Part shown: positions 15,867 to 24,394 of the stretch, one piece after another
Numbering within the stretch: position 1 is the stretch's first letter
Layout: each line of letters starts with the position of its first letter
Origin: Candidatus Omnitrophota bacterium
Lineage (GTDB): Bacteria > Omnitrophota > Gorgyraeia > Zapsychrales > JANLHA01
Direction of reading: 5' to 3'
Assembly: GCA_963662715.1 (NCBI GenBank)
Contig: OY759724.1
Span: forward strand, 2,430,001-2,462,000
Length of the DNA: 32,000 nt
Position numbers and translations under genes: made by a program
Notes under the pieces: model-generated
Database searches by the model: none
Seen by the model: the letters and a program-made list of their open reading frames with translations, nothing else
Told to the model about the DNA's origin: nothing

Positions 15867-17795
15867 ATGAAAAAATTTTTCTGCCAGTTTTTGACCGCTC
15901 TATGTATAAGCCTTGTCTTTTGTCCCTTTTCTTCCGGGGAGAATGAGCTTTTCCGCGACTATACCCATCCGGAGCGGATGCCGATCCTGATGTGGGTCGA
16001 GATTGTTGAGGAACTCCCGTATTATTTTCTTGAAGAAACCCGGGAGACCGAGGTGAACGATGACTGGTCGATCGATGAGCGCGTGCATTACCGTCTGAAG
16101 ATTCAGAAAGAGGCGGCCAAAGAGCTTGGAGAACAAAAGCTTTATTACAATGCAAGCCGGGAAGAGATCACCGATATCCAGGCATTCGTTGAAACCCCGG
16201 ATGGGAAGAAATATCCCTTTACCAGTATCCAGGACCTGGATGTTATTCAGGAAGCCCCCATGTACTCGGACCTGAAGGTCAAGGTGATCACGTTGCCGCA
16301 GGTGAACATCGGCAACATTATTGACGTGACGGTGACCTCACACATAAGCAAAGATGTCATGGCGGATCAGTTTGCCCGCATCGAGATGTATCCGGAAGTC
16401 CCTCATCAAACATATCAATCGACTTACACCTGGCCTGAACAGAAAAATATCCGTATCAAACCGTACCAGACCACATTAAGTCCGCAGAAGTCGGAGGAGG
16501 ACGGGAAGGTGAGTTATACGTTTGAACACAAACGGACATTCCCTATCGAGGGGATAGAACCGTTTCTTCCTCCATATAATGAGGTTTTCGGCTTTTTTGC
16601 CATTTCTTCCCTTGACGACTGGAAAAACGTGGCGGACTGGTATCGGGATTTGATCCGGAAGAATATCTCCTCAGACGATAACATCCTTAAGAAAGTGAAG
16701 GAACTGACGAACGGGAAGTCCGGCCAAACCCGGAAGGCCAAAGCGATCCTGGAATATTTGCAGGATAACATGCGTTATGTCTCCATGTCTTTTGGGGAAC
16801 ACACTGTTGAGCCGCATCCCACCAGTGAAATATTCAGCAATATGTACGGGGATTGCAAGGACTGGTCTCTTTTAGCCAAGCAGATGCTGAATCACGCCGG
16901 CATCAAGGCGGACCTCTGTTTGTTTAATGACGAACTGGCCGGCGACCCTGAGTGGGGACTGCCGTCAGTTTCTTTGTTTGACCATGTGATACTGGAGGTG
17001 GAACTGGACGGCAAGAAATTTTTTGTGGACCCGCAGCTTAAGAATTTTGATTTTGGCCAGTACCCGCAGGACTATAATAATGCCTATCTGCTGGTCATTC
17101 AGGATGAAGGGTACCGTTTTGCCAACATCCCGGTGGCCTCAGTCCGAGAAACGAAAAATATTTATAAGATCACGTGCCGTCTGTCTTCCAGGGGTGCGGC
17201 TTCTTATAACGTGATAGCCCGGCTGAACACGGAGTACTCGAACTACCTGAGGCTGATGTGGCGCAACATTTCCCAGGAGAGCAGGGGCAGATTCTTCGAA
17301 GAACTTGAAGCTAAATTTGCCAGGGGCGGGAGGTTGACTCATTCCAAACTGGACGGCGTTGACAACCGTTATGGGCCCTTGCTGTTGAAGTTTGACATAA
17401 AATCTCCGCACGCGTATCAGAAGGCAAACGGGATGATCATCCTGAACGAGCCGGTCGACCATTATTTCCCTAACCCCTTTTCCGCCAAGGAAAGGACTTA
17501 CCCTGTCTTTATCCCTAACGACGAAATGCATCGTATCCTGATTGTCTATTCGATACCGGAGGGGTATGAAGTAGACTATACGCCCAAAGATTTTAGTTTG
17601 AAGAACGATGCTTTTGTCTTAAAGCGCAAAACGGTCGTCGGTGACGGGCACGTGGACGTGAATTATCTCTTTTGGACTAAGCGGGCCCGGGTGCCCCGGG
17701 CCCGTTATAAGGACATTTTGAAAGTGTGGCGCGTTTATGACCGGGAAATCCGTAATGCGATCATTTTGAAGTCTAAAACCGGGAGACGCCAGTGA
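15867..17795 (+). CDS. DUF3857-type / transglutaminase-like cysteine protease superfamily protein
   Basis: Signal peptide MKKFFCQFLTALCISLVFCPFSSG. The transglutaminase core has Cys in YGDCKDWSLLAKQML, His in FDHVILEV and Asp in KFFVDP. Its large flanking N- and C-terminal regions fit the DUF3857/DUF3858 architecture. Confidence 0.8.
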   Translation: MKKFFCQFLTALCISLVFCPFSSGENELFRDYTHPERMPILMWVEIVEELPYYFLEETRETEVNDDWSIDERVHYRLKIQKEAAKELGEQKLYYNASREEITDIQAFVETPDGKKYPFTSIQDLDVIQEAPMYSDLKVKVITLPQVNIGNIIDVTVTSHISKDVMADQFARIEMYPEVPHQTYQSTYTWPEQKNIRIKPYQTTLSPQKSEEDGKVSYTFEHKRTFPIEGIEPFLPPYNEVFGFFAISSLDDWKNVADWYRDLIRKNISSDDNILKKVKELTNGKSGQTRKAKAILEYLQDNMRYVSMSFGEHTVEPHPTSEIFSNMYGDCKDWSLLAKQMLNHAGIKADLCLFNDELAGDPEWGLPSVSLFDHVILEVELDGKKFFVDPQLKNFDFGQYPQDYNNAYLLVIQDEGYRFANIPVASVRETKNIYKITCRLSSRGAASYNVIARLNTEYSNYLRLMWRNISQESRGRFFEELEAKFARGGRLTHSKLDGVDNRYGPLLLKFDIKSPHAYQKANGMIILNEPVDHYFPNPFSAKERTYPVFIPNDEMHRILIVYSIPEGYEVDYTPKDFSLKNDAFVLKRKTVVGDGHVDVNYLFWTKRARVPRARYKDILKVWRVYDREIRNAIILKSKTGRRQ

Positions 17796-18553
17796 AAATA
17801 AACCACTCCATTGGATCTGCCGGACTCGCTATCATGGTGTTCTTTGTCTCTGCCGCTGTTTTACGGGCGGACAGCGTGACATTAAAAACCGGTCGTGTTA
17901 TCGAGGGGGACATCGTTGACCGAGGGGAAGACTTTGTGACAATCCATGACGGGGAGTCGTCTTTTAAGGTCCGTTACACCCAGATGAGCGAAGAGTCGCG
18001 GGCGTTGCTGAACGGGGAAAGTCCGCCCGTTAAGAAAACGGGTTCCACGGAAGAGGTCTTGGAGAGGCTGGCTATGGAGCTGGGGAAGGAGGAATGGAAG
18101 GAACGCGTTGAGATTTACCGGAAATATTTTGAACAGGTGGGGGATTTGCAGGTCCAATTCATTGTGACCATGCTGCAGTCAGCCGTAATCATCAACCATT
18201 CGTTACGCAGAAAAAACGTCCCGATCAGCGCTAAACTTGTTCAGGAAACGTATCAGCAAATCCTTTATCTCAAGGAGCAGATGGAGCAACTGACCCCGTT
18301 GGAGGAACTGCGGCCCTTTCATGAGAAAGTGGCAAATTCTTTCGCCCTGACGCTCAAGGCGATTGACGCGTGGTCTGTGGGAGACCAGCATATCTATTAT
18401 AGCTGCGATAAGAAGGCCGGCCAATCCATGATCGATGCCATGGAGGAGTACGCGCTGTTTATTGAAATCCTGGGCACTTCTCCGGGGGAGATTAAAATCA
18501 TGCGCGCGGCGACTGCTCACATGAGGTCCCAGATAGAGCAGCTGTATTATTAA
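17792..18553 (+). CDS. Secreted hypothetical protein
   Basis: The GTG start overlaps the upstream stop (GTGA, 4-nt overlap). Signal-like N-terminus IGSAGLAIMVFFVSAAVLRADS. The antisense ORFs are shorter. Confidence 0.6.
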   Translation: MKINHSIGSAGLAIMVFFVSAAVLRADSVTLKTGRVIEGDIVDRGEDFVTIHDGESSFKVRYTQMSEESRALLNGESPPVKKTGSTEEVLERLAMELGKEEWKERVEIYRKYFEQVGDLQVQFIVTMLQSAVIINHSLRRKNVPISAKLVQETYQQILYLKEQMEQLTPLEELRPFHEKVANSFALTLKAIDAWSVGDQHIYYSCDKKAGQSMIDAMEEYALFIEILGTSPGEIKIMRAATAHMRSQIEQLYY

Positions 18554-18791
18554 TTGTCCAGCCGTGCGTGCTTCCTGCAGGTTTTTCTTGTCTCATGTAA
18601 CACTTTGGGAATAAAGACTTTGTCCTGGAGGAGCAGAACGAGCCTTTATCTCGCCGTTTAATTTTTCTTGTGTTATAATCCGATACATATTATGCTAAAA
18701 GATTGGCAAGCAGATGTCCTTTTTGGTGACAAGGGGATAAACCCGAGGGAAACATGCGGAATAGACCTGTTTTTACAGGACGGGAGACGAC

Positions 18792-19433
18792 GTGAAATTA
18801 AAATGGATTTTGCCTGCGGCTTTAATAAGTTTTGCAGTGTTTTTTGCCGTTGACACAAGTCATGCGGTTGTTTTATTCGAGCAGACCCCTAACCTTGATT
18901 TCATGGGGCATTTTAGCAATTCAGGTTCGGCTATTGTTGCCGATCAATTTATATTGCCGGAGAAGGCAACACTTACAGGCTTGCGCTGGTATGGATATTA
19001 TGTGGCTGACCTGGATCCCGGCGTCACGTCCTTAGATTTCCAGATTCGATTTTATAATGAAAAGTCAGGTTTGCCTGATGCTCTATTATATGAGACGATT
19101 GTGCCTGCTTCGGTCGTTGATTCCGGCTTAGTCTTTGCTGCCGGGAAACATGCCGGGAAGAAAGTCTATGAATTTACTGCCGGTTCTATAGGGCCTTTTG
19201 AATTCAGCGGCGGTAAGACAGTATGGATTTCCATTTCTGAAGCTGATGCTTCAACTTTCTTGAGAGGTGATACTCAATGGCTATGGGCCAGAAGTTCCAA
19301 CTCTTTACAGCTCAGCGCCCGGTTTAATGAGTTCACGCCGGATGATGGCTGGAGTGTTGTTCCCAGCGGAGATTTTGCTTTTTCTTTAACCGTCACCCCG
19401 GCTCCCCTTAACCCTGCACCGCCGGGTTCTTAA
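18792..19433 (+). CDS. Secreted hypothetical protein
   Basis: GTG start with GGGAGA upstream. Signal peptide MKLKWILPAALISFAVFFAVDTSHA. The C-terminal tail is Pro-rich. Confidence 0.6.
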   Translation: MKLKWILPAALISFAVFFAVDTSHAVVLFEQTPNLDFMGHFSNSGSAIVADQFILPEKATLTGLRWYGYYVADLDPGVTSLDFQIRFYNEKSGLPDALLYETIVPASVVDSGLVFAAGKHAGKKVYEFTAGSIGPFEFSGGKTVWISISEADASTFLRGDTQWLWARSSNSLQLSARFNEFTPDDGWSVVPSGDFAFSLTVTPAPLNPAPPGS

Positions 19434-19548
19434 TAATCCCCGGAATAGAGGAGTGACGGATTCATAAGAAGAATGGCATCGTTCGCGGGGATATCCTTTG
19501 AGGGAGAAGACGGACAGTGTATTTAATTTATTTAAAACAGGAGGAGAC

Positions 19549-20184
19549 ATGAAGATTCGTTTTTTATTAAGTTTTTTTATCGCTTGCCTGGGATTTCTAT
19601 CCGTGCCGCGACAGGGTGTCTGTGAAGACATGAACTATCAGGAGGGGGTTTTTCAGGTGAACATTTCTTCGGACTGGACCAGGATGCCGGATGAGATGCT
19701 GAGCGAAATGCGGGAAGTCATGATCGGGGGCGGCCGTGACCTGGCGGAAAGTTCCAATTTGGCGGATCCTAACGATATTAATGAAAAGGCTATTCCTTTC
19801 GTTTCGGGATTTCAGCTGCAGAGGGGAGACAAAAGGATCCTTCTCACTTTTTCCGGGGTGGATTCCCCTGTTGTTATGGACCGGGAAGAGATGTTTGAGA
19901 CAAATACCGAAAGAGTGCAATGGGGGATAGATACCGGCCGGCTTAAAAAGACCAGTAAAGGAGTATCAAAATTGGAACTTGACGGGATCCCCTGTCTTCT
20001 CCAGGACATTGAGACTCAACAGGGGGGGAGGATGCAAATGTATTCGTTTTTTATCCCGGAGCATCCCAAAATGCTGTATTCCGTGCAGATTATATGTGAT
20101 GATAAGGAGACCTGGGATGCACAGGCGGAGGATCTTTCTGCCATTATTGAGGCCATTAAAGTTGTTCGGAAAACGGCCCAGTAA
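19549..20184 (+). CDS. Secreted hypothetical protein
   Basis: AGGAGG SD lies 5 nt before the ATG at 19549. Signal peptide MKIRFLLSFFIACLGFLSVPRQGVC. The listed start at 19498 has neither an SD nor a signal peptide. Confidence 0.6.
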   Translation: MKIRFLLSFFIACLGFLSVPRQGVCEDMNYQEGVFQVNISSDWTRMPDEMLSEMREVMIGGGRDLAESSNLADPNDINEKAIPFVSGFQLQRGDKRILLTFSGVDSPVVMDREEMFETNTERVQWGIDTGRLKKTSKGVSKLELDGIPCLLQDIETQQGGRMQMYSFFIPEHPKMLYSVQIICDDKETWDAQAEDLSAIIEAIKVVRKTAQ

Positions 20185-20246
20185 AAATTTTTTTGTGGCA
20201 TACCCTTTTCTATCCTCGTCCCGGGGCCTTTTGAGGAACAGAACCG

Positions 20247-21194
20247 ATGAAATACGTGTTATTAGCTCTCGCTTTTTTCCTTGGTGTTTTTCCGGAATTT
20301 CTTTTTGCGGAAGACCTGTCCCCAAACCGAAGAAAGGCGTCTTTCCGACTCATTTCCCCTGAAGACGAGAGCCAGGAAACACAGGTGAAATGTGCGCAAT
20401 GGTCGAATAAGCAATGGTATGTTTTTTCAAGGGACAATAAGGTTGATGTTTCCACGGAGAGGGAGGAGGCTCCCGGGCTGCTGAAAGTTGAGGACTTGCC
20501 TTTTGCGGTGCCTAATGATCCGGCCCTTGAATCGGATGATCAAAAGAAAACGGTTCTGCCCGTGGAGGACGGTTTTTTAATCTCCTTTTATGCCGGGGAA
20601 TTCGGCGGCTCCCTTTGGTGGTTTTCCGAGGACGGGACGCAAAAGAAAACGGTCCTCGACTATGATCCGCAAAGAATTTACCCTACGAGTTTTGTGAATA
20701 ACTTTTTAGTTATGGGGGATTCTGTTTATGCTTTAGTCGGGTTGGAACATCTCTCTCTGGATATGGGAGGAATCATAGGCCTGCAGAAAGATTTTTACGG
20801 GAATTGGACTGTGGGGAGTTTTTTTGATTTGGGTTCCGCGGCGGGGAGTTATTACAGAATAGGTTACAAGAAATATTTTATCCTGACGAATAAGAAGGTC
20901 GTGGAGTTTTCCCCCCTGAAAGGGACAAAAACATTATACGAGGTTAATACATTAAACAGAAACGGGAGTCATCCCTTTAAGAGTGATGCCACCTTGGCCA
21001 GAGATGAAGACGGCAATATTTATATTGGCGGAAATTACAAAATCATCCGTTTGTCTCCTGTCCAGGGAGGATATAAAGAAGAATGGCTCATCCCGGAGTA
21101 TTGTGAATGGGATGTCGCGGCGAACGGTGTGTGTCGTTGCCGGGGGGACGAGCAGGCTTTGGGGACCGAATTGCTCCGGATTTTAAATAAATAG
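20247..21194 (+). CDS. Secreted hypothetical protein, possibly beta-propeller-like
   Basis: Signal peptide MKYVLLALAFFLGVFPEFLFA. 315-aa ORF. The overlapping ORFs are short. No domain recognised. Confidence 0.6.
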   Translation: MKYVLLALAFFLGVFPEFLFAEDLSPNRRKASFRLISPEDESQETQVKCAQWSNKQWYVFSRDNKVDVSTEREEAPGLLKVEDLPFAVPNDPALESDDQKKTVLPVEDGFLISFYAGEFGGSLWWFSEDGTQKKTVLDYDPQRIYPTSFVNNFLVMGDSVYALVGLEHLSLDMGGIIGLQKDFYGNWTVGSFFDLGSAAGSYYRIGYKKYFILTNKKVVEFSPLKGTKTLYEVNTLNRNGSHPFKSDATLARDEDGNIYIGGNYKIIRLSPVQGGYKEEWLIPEYCEWDVAANGVCRCRGDEQALGTELLRILNK

Positions 21195-21245
21195 GCCTAA
21201 CGTCTCTCCCCGTCCCCGCGCAGTATAACGGCATTGTTATTTTTG

Positions 21246-21644
21246 ATGTGCAGCATGAATAATAACGGTATAAATTCTGTCCGTATTGATAAATGGCTGT
21301 GGGCGGTGAGGATCTGTAAAACCAGGCTGATGGCGGCGGATTTGTGCAGAAAACAAAAGGTGAGCGTTGAACAGCAAAAAGTTAAGCCGTCCAAAGAAGT
21401 CAAGGCCGGACAAATTATAACTGTGCGGCAGGAGGGTATTGATTGGCAGTATCGGGTCGTAAGGTGTATTGAGAAACGGGTCAGTGCGGCGTTGGCCTCA
21501 GAGTGCCGTGAAGATCTGACGTCAGAGGAAGAGATAAACAAATTAAAGATTATTAAAAGCAACTGGGGGCTTCATCGCCCCAGGGGAGCGGGACGGCCGA
21601 CCAAGAAAGACCGTCGGGCTATTGACCGGTTCTTTCAGGAATAA
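21246..21644 (+). CDS. hslR: S4-domain RNA-binding protein, Hsp15-like ribosome-associated heat-shock protein
   Basis: VRIDKWLWAVRICKTRLMAADLCRKQKVSVEQQKVKPSKEVKAGQIITV matches the Hsp15/S4 signature (RxDKWLW..R..KTR). The C-terminal tail is basic. The start is ambiguous (21234 TTG, 21246 ATG or 21255 ATG). Confidence 0.75.
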   Translation: MCSMNNNGINSVRIDKWLWAVRICKTRLMAADLCRKQKVSVEQQKVKPSKEVKAGQIITVRQEGIDWQYRVVRCIEKRVSAALASECREDLTSEEEINKLKIIKSNWGLHRPRGAGRPTKKDRRAIDRFFQE

Positions 21645-21776
21645 CAGGCACCGCCTTTTTCCCCGGGGCAGCCATGCCTTCCCAATTTGGTTCCGCAGAT
21701 TCGTGGATATTATCCTCTCCAGCGGACTTTTTCCTGGACAGCTTTATAAGGTTATTGTACCATTCTTTCTATAACA

Positions 21777-23171
21777 ATGTTATACAGAAAAGGACATCTG
21801 ATGGCTGCAGATATCATATTCACGCGAAGATTTGTCTACGTATGTTCTTTATCTTTAAGTGTGCTTTTTTTTCTTTCCGTTAATTTCTTTGTGGCTGATG
21901 CCTCCAAAGAAGAAATGCAGGCGCGTCTTGGCGAGATATACAGCCTATATAATGAAGATCCGGCCGAATCTTGTCGGCAGCTTGAAGACAGCCTCCAGTC
22001 CGCGGATGTGCCTTTTTTGTCGCTGCCGGAGAAAAAGAAGGCTTATTATTTCCTGGCCAATTGTCATTATCAGTTGAAGAATTTTGATAAAGCCCTTTCT
22101 TATTACGAGACAGTTTCTCAGATTGATCCTGAAGACCCTCAGCCTGTTGTTAATGCAGGGCATGTTTATTTTGAACGGGGGCAATACGCTAAAGCGGAAA
22201 AGAAATATAAAGAAGCTTTGCGGAGAGTGAGCGGCGACGATTCTGAAAAGACGAAGATCCGGGCAATGCTCGACCGCATCCCGGGGAAACTGCGGACGAA
22301 GTACACGTTTTCGACAAGTATCGGTTACGACAGCAATGTTAATTCCGGGCCTTCAGACACGACACATTTTTTATATGAGGCCTTTAATTATACGCTTAAG
22401 GATGATGAAGAGCGTCGTGAGGATTTTTATTCTTATAATAATATATCCGGACTTTTTCAGAAGGATATTGACTCCAAGACAAGTCTTCATCTAAGAGCCG
22501 GTGCCAATAATATGAATTATTTTAAAGAGAAGAATTATAACACTTCGGTTTTTTTTACTTCGATGGAGTATAAAAAACTGTTTGGAGACAAAAGTGTCAA
22601 AGTGTCTCCGTATGTCAATTACCAGACATTGGATGACAAGAGTTACCAGATCAACGGTGGGCTGAATCTGTCCGGAGCCGTCAGGATGTCAGAGAAGATC
22701 TGGGTTTGGCCTTATGGGGGAGGGTACTTCCAAAATTATTATAAAGAAGCTGCCCGAGATGCGCTGGGGATTGCGGTGGGGAGTAGCGCGTCTTATAAAA
22801 TAAACGAAAAAACTTCGTGGATCACACGCCTTTTTTATACGTATAACCATGCGGATGATAAGCAGTTTACTTATAATAATATGTTTTTGGGGGGCGGTCT
22901 TTACAGAGTCATTGCCCCGGGTCTGACAGCAACCGCAGGGTATAATCTCCAGCTGTTTTATTATGCCGGAATCAATCCCGCATTCGGGACTGCGCGTAAG
23001 GATCATGGACACAAGTATTACGTGAATTGCGACTATTCGCTGAAGCAACTTCTTAACACGGATCAGGCGTTTTTGAGTTTAAGTGTTTCTTATCATGACA
23101 ATAATTCCAATCATTCCTTCCAGGAAAGGGAAAGACTTTTTTCCGCCGTAACATTTACTTATTATTTCTGA
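21777..23171 (+). CDS. Outer-membrane protein with an N-terminal TPR domain and a C-terminal beta-barrel, Slam/DUF560-like
   Basis: Signal-like segment FVYVCSLSLSVLFFLSVNFFVADA. TPR units (YYFLANCHYQLKNFDKALSYYETVSQIDPED; NAGHVYFERGQYAKAEKKYKEALR). The barrel region begins FSTSIGYDSNVNSGP, has alternating hydrophobic strands and ends in the aromatic terminus TFTYYF. The start is 21777 or 21801. Confidence 0.65.
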   Translation: MLYRKGHLMAADIIFTRRFVYVCSLSLSVLFFLSVNFFVADASKEEMQARLGEIYSLYNEDPAESCRQLEDSLQSADVPFLSLPEKKKAYYFLANCHYQLKNFDKALSYYETVSQIDPEDPQPVVNAGHVYFERGQYAKAEKKYKEALRRVSGDDSEKTKIRAMLDRIPGKLRTKYTFSTSIGYDSNVNSGPSDTTHFLYEAFNYTLKDDEERREDFYSYNNISGLFQKDIDSKTSLHLRAGANNMNYFKEKNYNTSVFFTSMEYKKLFGDKSVKVSPYVNYQTLDDKSYQINGGLNLSGAVRMSEKIWVWPYGGGYFQNYYKEAARDALGIAVGSSASYKINEKTSWITRLFYTYNHADDKQFTYNNMFLGGGLYRVIAPGLTATAGYNLQLFYYAGINPAFGTARKDHGHKYYVNCDYSLKQLLNTDQAFLSLSVSYHDNNSNHSFQERERLFSAVTFTYYF

Positions 23172-23186
23172 GAAATATATTTTTGT

Positions 23187-23230
23187 AAAAAAAAAGAATC
23201 AGGCGCATTTAAGTGCCTGATTCTTTTTTT
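23187..23230. terminator. Bidirectional rho-independent terminator between convergent genes
   Basis: Perfect 10-bp stem AGAATCAGGC (23195-23204) / GCCTGATTCT (23215-23224). It is flanked by an A-run upstream and a T-run downstream, so it can serve both strands. Confidence 0.85.
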
Positions 23231-23246
23231 GCTTAATATTATATTT

Positions 23247-24122
23247 TTATCCTTCAGTCGTCGTGTCTGTCCAAGGGGCTGTAGGAGCAGTCGGTCCATT
23301 AGGTGCTGTTGGTTCGTTCGGTCCGACCGGAGCGCTAGGTCCTACGGGTTCGTTCGGTCCAACCGGAGCGCTGGGTCCTACGGGTTCGTTAGGTCCGACC
23401 GGAGCGCTGGGTCCTACAGGCTCGTTCGGTCCAACCGGAACGCTAGGTCCTACGGGTTCATTCGGTCCGACCGGAGCGCTAGGTCCTACGGGTTCGTTAG
23501 GTCCGACCGGAGCGCTAGGTCCTACGGGTTCGTTAGGTCCGACCGGAGCGCTAGGTCCTACGGGTTCATTCGGTCCAACCGGAGCGCTAGGTCCGACAGG
23601 TTCGTTAGGTCCGACCGGAGCGCTGGGTCCAACGGGTTCGTTCGGCCCGACCGGTTCATTCGGTCCAACCGGAGCGCTAGGCCCGACCGGTTCGTTCGGT
23701 CCAACCGGAGCGCTAGGCCCGACAGGTTCGTTTGGCCCCACCGGAGCGCTAGGTCCTACGGGTTCATTCGGTCCAACCGGAGCGCTAGGTCCTACAGGTT
23801 CGTTCGGTCCAACCGGAGCGCTAGGCCCGACAGGTTCGTTTGGCCCCACCGGTTCATTCGGTCCAACCGGAGCGCTAGGTCCGACAGGTTCGTTTGGCCC
23901 CACCGGTTCATTCGGTCCAACCGGAGCGCTAGGTCCGACAGGTTCGTTCGGTCCTACAGGTTCATTCGGCCCCACCGGAGCATTTGGTGAGTTCGGCTCT
24001 GTTGGCGGAACAGGTTGTGCTGATGTCGTAGTGTAGAGAACGAAGGAAACAACACACAACACTACGAAAGAACAGCCCATGAGCATTTTGGATTTTCTTA
24101 GCTTTGTTAAATTTTGGAACAT
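23247..24122 (-). CDS. Secreted proline-rich protein built of about 40 tandem hexapeptides (PNEPVG / PSAPVG)
   Basis: On the minus strand GAAGGAG lies 5 nt upstream of the ATG at 24122. Signal peptide ...[29 protein letters not shown]|QP. The terminator lies just past its stop. The repeat is P-x-x-P-V-G throughout. Confidence 0.75.
   Translation of the reverse strand: MFQNLTKLRKSKMLMGCSFVVLCVVSFVLYTTTSAQPVPPTEPNSPNAPVGPNEPVGPNEPVGPSAPVGPNEPVGPNEPVGPSAPVGPNEPVGPNEPVGPSAPVGPNEPVGPSAPVGPNEPVGPSAPVGPNEPVGPSAPVGPNEPVGPSAPVGPNEPVGPNEPVGPSAPVGPNEPVGPSAPVGPNEPVGPSAPVGPNEPVGPSAPVGPNEPVGPSAPVGPNEPVGPSVPVGPNEPVGPSAPVGPNEPVGPSAPVGPNEPVGPSAPVGPNEPTAPNGPTAPTAPWTDTTTEG
23300..23985. repeat. 18-bp / 36-bp tandem DNA repeat underlying the Pro-rich protein (approximate bounds)
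   Basis: Iterated GGTCC(G/A)ACCGGAGCGCT(A/G)GGTCC(T/G)AC(G/A)GGTTC(G/A)TT(C/A) units. All three + frames and the - frame stay open across it. Confidence 0.9.
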
Positions 24123-24394
24123 TGAGACTCCTTCTGTGTTAAGGTTAATGGTAAAAATTGATATTTTAAACTATGAATAGTTTACTAGTAATGGTTAACT
24201 TTGAATATTTTACTATAGAAAAGATTAATAATATATGAAAGTTTTGCTAAAATTGTGGAAAAATTTGTCTTTTAAGTTAAATAATTTATCAGAGATGGGT
24301 ATCCTTTCTAAAACTAGGGAATCTGTCTTAAATATGAGATAAGTTGCTGGATGGGGTAATCTTTGCTATGCTTTAAGAAAATAAAACAAAGCGG

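Noticed and set aside
23263-24036. Plus-strand ORF encoding a perfect collagen-like GXY repeat ([12 protein letters not shown]...), and a second + frame at 23229..23990 rich in RS/FVRS.
   Set aside because: Neither has an SD or a signal peptide. The starts sit directly after or inside the terminator region, and one uses a GTG with no upstream context. The minus-strand frame has a strong SD, a signal peptide and its own terminator. The GXY pattern is the expected antisense image of Pro-rich codons.
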